DNA of 58,231 nucleotides, the filler included, from Sphacelaria rigidula (lineage: Eukaryota): the NCBI GenBank assembly GCA_964200075.2. It is 4 parts of 4 records of this genome, joined end to end, with 100 filler letters (N's around TTAATTAATTAA, not from the genome) between each part and the next. Parts side by side here need not be neighbours in the genome. Positions count along the whole stretch, not along the records: positions 29,180 to 43,662 come from CAXNAA020002226.1; positions 43,763 to 58,231 come from CAXNAA020002227.1; 2 more parts are not named here. One strand, written 5' to 3'. The notes under the pieces are model-generated. The model was not told the DNA's origin. It was given only the letters and a program-made list of their open reading frames with translations, and did not search any database. Within the stretch, counting starts at the first letter, position 1. Each line of letters opens with the position of its first letter. Shown piece after piece: positions 42,501 through 51,489 of this stretch. Made by a program: the position numbers and the translations under genes.

Positions 42501-43083
42501 CCTTCTGACGATTGAGACGAAGGTTCGAATCTCGGTAAAATCACATGATTTGGAATTTTCTCCCCCATCATGCCCGACGATGTCCTGGATACCCAATGTT
42601 CGACTCTGCGGTCGACGAGGGAAAAAGACCGCTGAGCCCTTTTTGCGATAAAAAGACAGGCGAGCACAGTAGAAGGAAGGTGCAGAACTAAAAATAACAT
42701 AGAAATCCTGTGTTGACCTCCCTTCTGTGTGACCCCGGCTGATGCGCCCACATACACCGACAGGTGTACACTGGCGTCAAGAAATGGAGGGGATAGCAAC
42801 ACACCAACACACACAGCGAACCAGTCGCAAAGAAGGAAAACATAACGCACAGACATACCCAGAGAGACAAACTACTTGTGTACACACACCTTGCAGTTGG
42901 GGCAACGCCAAGCCGCCACGGCATCCGCGTCCATCGTCCTGACTGGTGCAGCGGTGCACCAGCTGTGAAAACACTCGCCACAGTCCGCGCAGAACAGCCG
43001 AGACCAGATCTTCTGCTGCTGTTGCCGTTGCTGCTGCTCCGCCTGGGTTTGTAGTTGCACCTGGCTGACGTCAGCCCCGTGTT
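29958..43083 (-). CDS. Internal part of a trithorax/KMT2(MLL)-like chromatin protein: tandem PHD fingers, third PHD, AT-hook, extended PHD
   Basis: Phase-consistent exons: 43083(or 43060)-42890, 41576-41403, 39836-39697, 39140-38750, 38289-38185, 37086-36640, 35815-35715, 35127-34947, 34301-34189, 33620-33548, 32942-32811, 32474-30534, 30110-~29958. Motifs: FCADCGECFHSWC..WRCPNCKVCEVC..LVFCELCDRAYHTYCLTP..PPEGVWICGQC; CPVCRK..CAACKLWVHDKCD..YFCKVC; KKRGRPKK; DYRACILCKDVGDDPVSGRLLPLDDGTWVHTHCGLWSSEVYE. No SET domain is within the contig. Confidence 0.85.
34628..34868. mobile_element. Short CAAGG-family MITE, intronic
   Basis: AAGGTTGTGTTCCGTGGGG ... CCTACAGAACACAACCTCG; homologous (inverted) to 39896-40378. 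Confidence 0.8.
37702..37857 (+). repeat. 77-bp direct tandem duplication (2 copies), intronic
   Basis: CCCTAGTTAGTCAC.ATTCCAGCTACCCAGTCACATCATTCAGCTCCTCAGTAGCAAAGAGCCTACTCAAGGG..TCAT occurs twice, nearly identical. Confidence 0.92.
39450..39506 (+). repeat. (ACA)n microsatellite
   Basis: Direct reading of the sequence. Confidence 0.95.
39896..40378. mobile_element. CAAGG-family MITE carrying a nested MITE
   Basis: CAAGGTTGTGTT ... CCCTACAGCGCACAACCTTG; the body matches 34628-34868 apart from the insert at 40024-40326. Confidence 0.78.
40024..40326. mobile_element. TA-flanked MITE (Tc1/mariner-type), nested
   Basis: TA|CAGTTCTGCACACTATGGACAA ... TTGTCCAGGGTGTGCAATTCTG|TA; internal TATACTTTACCCAGTAC repeats. 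Confidence 0.75.
41626..41785 (+). repeat. (TCAG)n microsatellite, ~40 units
   Basis: Direct reading of the sequence. Confidence 0.97.
41825..42050 (+). mobile_element. tRNA-derived SINE copy (3' truncated), intronic
   Basis: GGTCGCCCCGGTGGCTCAGTTGG...GGGTTCGAATCTCGG head plus the shared body. Confidence 0.82.
42467..42783 (+). mobile_element. tRNA-derived SINE copy, intronic
   Basis: GATCGCCCCGGTGCCTCAGTTGG...GGTTCGAATCTCGG head; the 3' part matches the 20021-20349 copy. Confidence 0.82.
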
Positions 43084-43173
43084 CTACGGTGGAAAGTGGC
43101 ATAAAAAAACGCGGACACGACGACGAGAAACGAACAACTAAGTGCAGCAGATGTGAAAATAGGCAGCCAAAAT

Positions 43174-43406
43174 CAAAGGTGTCCAGTCATACGTCAGTCA
43201 CACTGCAAGATCACAGTTGGGTGAGTCACATGTACCAGCTCATGGAGAACTCCGAAATTTTATAGGAGAAAACAAAAATGCGAGGAAAAACGTCGTAAGG
43301 CCGCTCCCTATAATAGGCAGAAATAAAAATCTGGGAAAAGTGTCTTTTTGGAGCTTTTACGTCATTTTACTCCCCAAAAGAGAGCTACGCGGAGTTTGAC
43401 ACCTTG
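43174..43406. mobile_element. Possible MITE with CAAGGTGTC/GACACCTTG termini
   Basis: Only short inverted termini (CAAAGGTGTC ... GACACCTTG) support it. Confidence 0.4.
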
Positions 43407-43412
43407 GAATGT

Positions 43413-43662
43413 CTTACTCTACTAGTTGAGGCGGTTTCAGCACATCTTTCCGTTTTCCGGTGACCACAGTTTTCATTTTGGCCAAACAGGAATTTTTGTC
43501 CAGGAACGGTGAAAAACAATCAAGTCCAGAAAAATGCCATTTTTCTCTGGACCTGACTGTTTCTTATCGTTCTTGGACAAAATTCTTCTTCGGTCAAAAT
43601 GAAAACTGTAGCCACCGGAAAACGGGAAGATGTGCTGAAACCGCCTCAACTAGTAGAGTAAG
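43413..43662. mobile_element. Fully palindromic ~250-bp MITE at the contig end
   Basis: CTTACTCTACTAGTTGAGGCGGTTTCAGCACATCTT ... AAGATGTGCTGAAACCGCCTCAACTAGTAGAGTAAG; the symmetry continues to the centre. Confidence 0.85.
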
Positions 43663-43762
43663 NNNNNNNNNNNNNNNNNNNNNNNNNNNNNNNNNNNNNN
43701 NNNNNNTTAATTAATTAANNNNNNNNNNNNNNNNNNNNNNNNNNNNNNNNNNNNNNNNNNNN
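43663..43762. other. Artificial contig linker
   Basis: Same 100-nt N/TTAATTAATTAA/N spacer. Confidence 0.98.
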
Positions 43763-44603
43763 CATATCCCGAAAGGGGTAGACTGGCGCCCAGAATAAAT
43801 GGGACGACAACACACACAACACACACACAAATAGCGCACATGATGTCGACATTGCACTAGACGGTCCCAAAGGGGTCTACCGACAATATATGCACTTTCG
43901 GGAGCGTCCGCCGCCAGTCAAAAAGAAGAAACAGCGCAGCTATGGCTGTCAAGAAGCCTCCGTCAGAGAATTGAACGCACCCGGGTTAGCCCCCCGGAAC
44001 ACGTGCCCACATCGTTTCCCGCGCCCATAAATCTGCCCACGTTAGGATCCTGCGAAAGGCGTGAAATAGTGCTGAAGATAGGTGACACCGTTGTTGGCAC
44101 TACGAACAGTTGCTCGACTGCTCAGCGCACATCTCTACCCGACACGTCACGAAAACAAACGAAAATGGCGCAACCGAGTTCGTCGCAACCGAGTTGATGA
44201 TAGTCTGATCCAAAGCTGTCCAACTGACTCGCGAAAAATACAGCTGAAAATCCTGGTGTGCCGCTACTGTAGATACCATCTATTCTGGCACGGCGACACG
44301 ACCTTCCCTGGCTGCACATGCAATGAACACGGAATGAACAAGAAGGTGGTACAGCTGAAATCCAAGAACAGGAGATGAGTCACAGACGGCGAATCGGACA
44401 CGCTGTGACCCTGGATATACCAGTACTGATGGGTGATCTTGTGATGAATTTTCATGTGACAAGTTTGATGCTGCTGAACCCGAATGCGCGTAACTCCGTC
44501 TAGTCATGAAATGTCATGGTTTAATGTGCATTTGACTTGGTCGGGTGAGATGATCGCTCCTGGGATGGAAATCCAAGGCCCGTGGATGTGCTCAGGGTTG
44601 CGT

Positions 44604-45926
44604 TCATGCATAAAATGTCACCTCCAATCTCTTTTGCGCAGAAGCTCCCTCGTTGTGTCTGCCGCTGGCCAAATCCCCTGCGGGTCGTGCGTTTCCGCCG
44701 CCTCCATAAACAGTAGGACGCGGGGGGGCGCGTTTGTCTCCTCTTGCGGGTTGTGCATTCCCGCCCCCTCCATACACACTATGAGGTGGCGGACCGCGTT
44801 TCTCTCCTTTTCCTCTTGTGCGCGGTGGAAGCTTCGCAGGAGGGGCCGCATCGCCTCCGCCGAACTTAGTTTGAACGCCACTGTTACTGCCGCTACTGCC
44901 ACGTGCCTCATTCCACTCGCGTGCTACTTGCATGTGGATAGGTACCGCGTTCGGGCGAGGCCCCGCATCTGGAGCCAACGCACCACCGCCGCCGTATGGG
45001 ACTTTCTTTTCACTAAAGGTTGGTGATGCCAACGTTTGAGGCGTCCGTTGCAGTTGAACATGGTGAGCTGCACAGTGCGCAGCGGTGAAATGGGCGCCGC
45101 TGGCGCGACGGGGGGCCTTGCTCGGTGGAGGGCCCTCTGGAACGCCATCTCTGGAGACGAAGGAGAGGTCAGAGCGCTGACTTTCATATTTGGGCAATTT
45201 CACGTCGCCAGTATTTTTGCCGGTTGGTAGTCGCTGGTCTGCAGTATTTCGGTCAGTTGATGGAGCTATATGGTGCAATAGCCCCGGAGGACTTTTCGGT
45301 TCACCGTGGAACGAAGCAGCTAAAGAAGGGTGCGGCAACGGTGAAGACGTGCGATATCTTTCGGCCGCGGCCGCCGACTCTTCTCCTCCCTCCACATCAA
45401 TCACAACTTCTTCCTCCTCGTCCTTGAAAAAATCGATCGCACCTCCTACCTGCGATTTGCTGTCTCCTACTACAACATGTTCTTCCTGGTCTTGTCCTTG
45501 TTCGCACTCGTCTTCTTCGTTTTCAAGCTCCTCTGGAGGCACCAAGGTTAGCCCGCCTTCCTTGCTGTAAGTGAACGTCTCGGTCGGGCCCTCACGCGCT
45601 AGCAGCCACGCCCTGCCCCGACCACCGTCGTTGTAGACACGGGTCGCTTCTCTCTCGATGGTAGCTTCACCGGTCTTGCGAACAGCACTATTTCCGCGTT
45701 TTTTGGCACTTCGGGCAGGGACAAATTTTTCACCCGGTCGCTTCGTTTGTACCGGCGTGGCATCGCACAGCGGTCCAAGCGAGTTTTTAACTATCGAATC
45801 TACGAGCCGGCCCGTAGCTTTGGTCTTCAGGTTTACAAGGAATCTCGGCACTCCGATGCATCCAAATACATAATTGATCATCAATCTGTTCCCCGTGACG
45901 ACGCATTTTGAAAGCTCGTCCAAGTC
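44604..45926 (-). CDS. Large exon/ORF of an unknown protein (acidic tract, C-terminal YGGGG repeats); possibly transposon-associated
   Basis: Part of the 547-aa ORF 44604-46247. There is a candidate in-frame acceptor (gagcag|GAC) at 45927. The first ~107 codons partly overlap a GACTC-rich repeat and are probably non-coding. No recognisable domain. Confidence 0.45.
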   Translation of the reverse strand, partial: DLDELSKCVVTGNRLMINYVFGCIGVPRFLVNLKTKATGRLVDSIVKNSLGPLCDATPVQTKRPGEKFVPARSAKKRGNSAVRKTGEATIEREATRVYNDGGRGRAWLLAREGPTETFTYSKEGGLTLVPPEELENEEDECEQGQDQEEHVVVGDSKSQVGGAIDFFKDEEEEVVIDVEGGEESAAAAERYRTSSPLPHPSLAASFHGEPKSPPGLLHHIAPSTDRNTADQRLPTGKNTGDVKLPKYESQRSDLSFVSRDGVPEGPPPSKAPRRASGAHFTAAHCAAHHVQLQRTPQTLASPTFSEKKVPYGGGGALAPDAGPRPNAVPIHMQVAREWNEARGSSGSNSGVQTKFGGGDAAPPAKLPPRTRGKGEKRGPPPHSVYGGGGNAQPARGDKRAPPRPTVYGGGGNARPAGDLASGRHNEGASAQKRLEVTFYA

Positions 45927-46059
45927 CTGCTCGGGCGTGTGCATATTTCGGGGGCAAGAATCACATTCATTCAGACTAACATCGAACAAGTGATACGGAA
46001 GACGACGACTTACGTGTCGACGAGCTTCGTTGCTGACATATTCTGAAATATTTACACAC

Positions 46060-46660
46060 ATCCAACGTGTTTCAGTAAAACTCGTGTGACTCGGACTCGT
46101 TGAACTTACAGTGATGATAGTTTTCAAAGACTCGAGAGAGTCAGATCCGTCCTCATATTCGTTATGACTCGCAGGACGCGAGCCAACACGAGTCATGACA
46201 CGTTTGTTGTGTGGAAAGGTGAACCCGGCCGAGCTTCGATTCTGCAACTGTGAGGATCATATCGGAATAGCGTACCACGCACACTTGGGATGCGCTACTA
46301 TTGGGGCAAAGGTAATCGACAATAAGCCTCGCCCCACGCAGGGCTTAAGCATTGCTCTGTCATGTAAGTGTTTACGGTGAACCTCCACTCATTCAACGAG
46401 TCCGATTCTGACTCGTGAAACTTTGACCTCTTGAGACTACTTTCAGGGTGATTCCCGAATGACTGGTGGGACTCGAGTCGTACTTGCCCTCATTCCCTCA
46501 ATGAATCGTCGGACTACAGTTGAACTCGTCGTCATTTCCCTGAGAGACTCGTCAAGACTTTGATCAGACACGTCCTTGTTTCCCCAGAGTGGCAATGACT
46601 CAAGTCAGACTCGTCGTCGTTTGCCCGTATGACGTCGAAGACTGGAGTCACAATTCAATC
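46060..46660. repeat. GACTC/GAGTC-rich degenerate repeat, probably transposon subterminal sequence
   Basis: High density of GACTCG, GAGTC and TGACTC motifs; termini not identified. Confidence 0.5.
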
Positions 46661-47980
46661 GTAGTTGGAGGCAGAGCGCACAACATTGAGCGGAGTACTC
46701 GCTGGCAGGTACAATTACTGTAGGGTAGTGCACTTTACTAGTACGGTCAGTTCAACGCCCAGGTGCAGTTCAATCGTGAAGTGTTGTGCTGAACCAGATC
46801 GTAGTACTGTCCATCTTTGCACTACGAAAGTATCCAACGCACTCCACAACTACTGGATACAGTATAGCACACAGCATCATGCAAAAAAGAATCAGATATT
46901 ATGAACGGCACACATGCACAACGGCACAGTACTCTTGTGCCCACGGTACACAACCATCACCACTTCAAGATTAAAGGGGGCCGTACCAACATCATCTAAA
47001 AGCCATGCCCTCACGATCTCAAAATCTAGAATAACAGGGTAGCAAGGGACCCTACGCATGCTATCATTACAGTTGTCCTGACTTATCATCTAGAAAAAAA
47101 AAAAAATGGTGCCCGGGCGCCGCCCGTCCTACGAGAATTCCGCATTTGGCCTAGACACGACAATGAGAACACCGTATTTTGCCCAAAACGAAATATGACA
47201 CCCGGGTCCTGCATGAACTTGTGAGAAATTTGCATTTCGCCAAAAATCGGGCAAGCGCGGCTGGGGATGGGATGCGAAGGGGGTACGGCTTGTGGATAAA
47301 ACGTTGTAGTAGCCCCCCGTGAGCAGTTCAACAAGATCTACGCTTGGGTGCAGTTCAACGTACACACTGACTGAACTACTGCAGCACTGTACAGACCTGG
47401 GGTATCAGCACAACTACGCACTCCATACAAGCAGCACACAAGACGAAAGTTGTACAGAACGCTGCAGTCAGCGATACGTCACTGCAGTGCTATTCTTGTC
47501 ACAGTGGAACTGGCTGTGGCACCGTTCGATTCGGTAACGGTGTAAACTGACTGTCGCAATCTGTGCTCCGTTTGATACCTTTTTTTTAAACGTCAAAACC
47601 TGGGTACACTTGTTTGGTCTTTCACCAAATCAGACTCATGGGTGGTCAGTTGCAGTGCAACAATCAATTACTCAAATCAATCAAAGACCGGTCCTCACTT
47701 TTCCGAGTTAAGGGACGTGCACAAGACTCCTAGAAGCAGTTGAAAAATAATCATGAGGCCTTCCAATGGCACGACCGCGGCTTGCGCGAAGGCACGTACG
47801 GCTCGAAGCAGGAGAGTTTACCGGCTCGGGCGCCTCTTGCAATCGCTTGCCTCTACTGTCAAGAATAAAGAAGTATTTGGTGACCTGCAAATCTTGTTGA
47901 TCCGGCCCAACAGTGTTAAAACACTTGCTTCTCGCTGCGTACTTACCTGCAACCCATGTCATCACCTCATAGGATATGAA

Positions 47981-48476
47981 CAAGGCTGTGTTCTGTAGAG
48001 TATGATTCTCTGTATACCCGGGGTATTTTCCCGGATATTCACGGTACCCGACAGTTCTATAATTACTGTAGGACTTTCATACCAGTACCCGACAGTTCTG
48101 TAAACTCTGGAAGACTTGCATACCCTTACCCGATGGGTGTGTGACATCTGTAAGCCTCCTGTACCGTTACGGGGGGCTCGGGTATGCTTTTGATCAGATA
48201 CCCGGTTTCGGGTACGGTTTTCTGTACAATCTCCATACCCTACTACCCGACATTTTCTATGAGTTCTGTAAGCCTTCTGTACCCTACCCGACAAGTTCTG
48301 CGATTTGTGCAAGACTTTGAAACCGGTACCCGACAGTTTTGTAATATCTATAAGACTTTCATACCGGAACCCGATATTTATGTAAGGTCTGTAAGCCTCC
48401 CACACCTTTACCCGGGGGTAGAATGTACCGTTGTGGATATACCCGATTGCAGGTACGAGCACAGGTATACACCTTG
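47981..48476. mobile_element. CAAGG-family MITE (left module of the composite unit)
   Basis: CAAGGCTGTGTTCTGTAG ... ACAGGTATACACCTTG; internal CCCGACAGTTCTGTAA repeats. Confidence 0.82.
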
Positions 48477-48559
48477 AGGGGGGCGTACTCATTTGCTGTT
48501 TGACTTAGTCATTCGACCATTCAACCACTATCCCTTTCGAGACGGAGCATTGGGGAGGG

Positions 48560-49165
48560 ATATATGTTCAATCCGAATACCACCTCATGACCTAAATATG
48601 TACCTTCCATCGATCAACCCACCCGGCTCCTTCATTCAATAACGCACGCCAACAAAATTACGATGTTGGAAAATGCTTCAGTTTGGAATCTGACGGGTTA
48701 CGAGTTACTGCTGAATGGGAATACGAAACATGAGCAGGACTACAGACCGTCAGGATGGATCACCCCCAGACTGGAGTGGTGGTGGCTCGAGCGGGGGCGG
48801 TTCATCTGCGCCACCAGGGGGCTCAAGTAGCAAGACGCAGGTCATCGACGTTGACGGTGATTGTGTCGTGGTCATCAAACTACAGGGTGTTATCGACAAG
48901 CACAGCGAAGAATATGAGCTGCCATCTGAAGTTAGGAAGGACGTCGACGATTTTGTGGTGCCCAAGGGCTTTGAGAGAGCGGGCAGCCGTGAAAGCTCCT
49001 TCATGTACTCTCTGGGATTGTACGTAAGCCGGCATATATTGACGATCCGTGCACACGTACTACCGCGAGCATTCGTGTAGTCTTTCTCTGCCGACCCCGT
49101 GAAACCCTTCAGAGCGTTCGTGAACTGTCATCTCCAGTTCGCCACTGTAGTGAAGTACGTTACAT
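48560..49165 (+). repeat. Cargo/core segment of the composite repeat, possibly a decayed 5' part of a transposase
   Basis: Homologous to 27790-28410; contains the ORF 48715-49080. Confidence 0.75.
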
Positions 49166-49167
49166 GA

Positions 49168-49975
49168 CAGGGGTTGTGTTCTGTAGGGCACGGTTTTCTG
49201 TATACCCGGGCTATTTTCCCGGATATTCGTTGTGCCCCCGACAGTTCTTTGACTTGTGATAGGCTTTCATATCGGTACCCGACAGTTCTGTGAACTCTGT
49301 GAGACTTTCATACCGTTACCCGATAGTTCTGTGACTTCTGGAAGCCTCCCGTACCGTTATCGGGGGCACGGGTATGCCTTCCATGTCGATGAAGACAGCA
49401 TCTGCCCCCGCTGAGCTCGTCTCTTCCACCGTCAAGGTGGGCCGGGGTGTTCGTCAGGGGGAGTAACCCGGGGAGTTCTGAGCAAAATAGTGTTGTGCTA
49501 GGGATATCTTGTTCTTGCATAAGCAGGCTCGCGGGCCCATCAGCCACAGTGACAATAGCTGTCGTCGCGGTGGTCGTGTCCAAGCGTCCGATGCTCTGGA
49601 GGAAACCTTCATGGTCGTCGTTTGCGATCTGGGGACACAGCATGTCAGTTTTCGGCACCGCACCCGTTTGCAGGTTCGATTTCTGAGCGGCGTCCATACC
49701 CTATCCGACATTTTCTATGAGTTCTGTGAGCCTCCCATACGCTTGAACGACAGTTCTGTAAGTTCTGTACATGATGTTTACCCGTACCCGGAGCGCGGGT
49801 ATGCCTTGAAGAAATACCCGAATGCCGGTACGATGTCCTGTAACCTCCTATACCCCACCCGATAATTTCTGTAATTTCTGTAAAACCTTAATGCCGGTGC
49901 CCGATACTTCTGTAAGTCCTGTAAGGAAGCCCATACCCTACACAACATACCCGTACCCTACAGAACACGACCTTG
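49168..49975. mobile_element. CAAGG-family MITE (right module) with an extra internal ~290-bp insert
   Basis: TIRs CAGGGTTGTGTTCTGTAGGG and CCCTACAGAACACGACCTTG; an unrelated GC-rich segment at ~49380-49670 is absent from the 27206-27786 copy. Confidence 0.85.
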
Positions 49976-51489
49976 GAATATAGATTAGTATTGCCCTCTT
50001 CGGGATATATCAAACCAGAAGTAGATGAAGGCCTAGACCCCAGCAGTGCACAACACTCACCACTGTCCTCATTGTTTTTGCGAGTCCATGATCATCGGTG
50101 CACGTGGCATGTGTTGTATGACCAATGTCTGTCGAAGACTGTACTGGTCGGGATATGATGATATACGGCACTATCGACACATGAGAGTCCCTTGTGAGCA
50201 TCCCTTCTTGACGCCTGAAACTGCACGCCACTTTCGAAATGCTGGCGATTTTTTTACACATTTTGCAAGCAGCCGCACTTTCCTATCCTCCTGTTATTGT
50301 GACCCTTTGCACAGGTGTACAGCAACGTCAGTCACAGGTGTGTTGTCGAATGTACTTTAGCAATAGTACATTTTGTATCAGCGCCGTCATTTCGAGTGAC
50401 GCGTATATTTGTGTTTGATACTGATTGGCTCATTTAGGTTTCACTTCTTCCGCATTCAACTGACTGTGGAGTTGGTCGGTCCATTTTCTCGGTATATAGT
50501 GCCCAAACTCGGGCCCGATTCACGGGCATAACAGTACAGGAAGATCAAAGCTCGAGGGTTGGATTTCGGGCTAGCGGGTTCGATCTGCGCTCCCGCATCG
50601 CGTTGACTTTTGTCAAGTAAACTCAGTCAAATCCTTTATAATTCACGTCCTCACGCTGTGAACGATGGAGATCAGAAACTGCGAAGAAATATCCCAAGCG
50701 CATCGGGCGGAAATCGAACCTGCGTTCTTGCCACCGGAATAGCGTCTATTGTACGATTTAAATTTAGACCACCGGGGCGCGCCGGCTTGATGCTGATGCT
50801 GATACTGTAGAGCACCAGATACATGCACAAGCGAAAAGGGTGCTCGATGCCAGCGCCCCAGATCATGGCGATAGTTTGGCTGATTGAGGAAGAGCGTCGC
50901 AGGATTATGGAGGCTCGGAAGCTGGGGATAGAAATATATGGAAGGTCAACTGAAACGTCTCATGACAACTCTGTGGAAAGCCAACTGAAAATACCTCGAA
51001 CTCGGCGCGGACGTTCGAGACGGTCGAAAACTAAGGGCTGTGTATTGAGACCAATACATGTTGCCAGTACCAATACGTTGCCGTGAATTGACATTGATCA
51101 GCAACAGCATCAACGTACCGATATATTGCTGTGCATGTCAGTCATTATCTGCAGACTGTACACGTGTTTTGTCATTGTTTCGCAGTGGCGATGTCTCCAT
51201 TCGCGCGAGTTGATACATCAGGCATGCGCCATCACGCAAATCCTCCACATTCATCATGTGACCACGGCTGGATCCTTGGGGGATCAGTTACAGTTACAGT
51301 GTGGCAAGCAATCATTCAAATTCAAACTATGCACCCTGCGAGCACGAGTCTTAGGAATCGAATACGTCCATGGCTACGTGATCCATTTTGTATATCGCGA
51401 CGCTTCTTTTGCTCACCTCAGCAAATATGAAACGACACTAAGCAAATATAGTTTTCAACATTCTTGTAGGCATATTTTTTGGAAAATTC

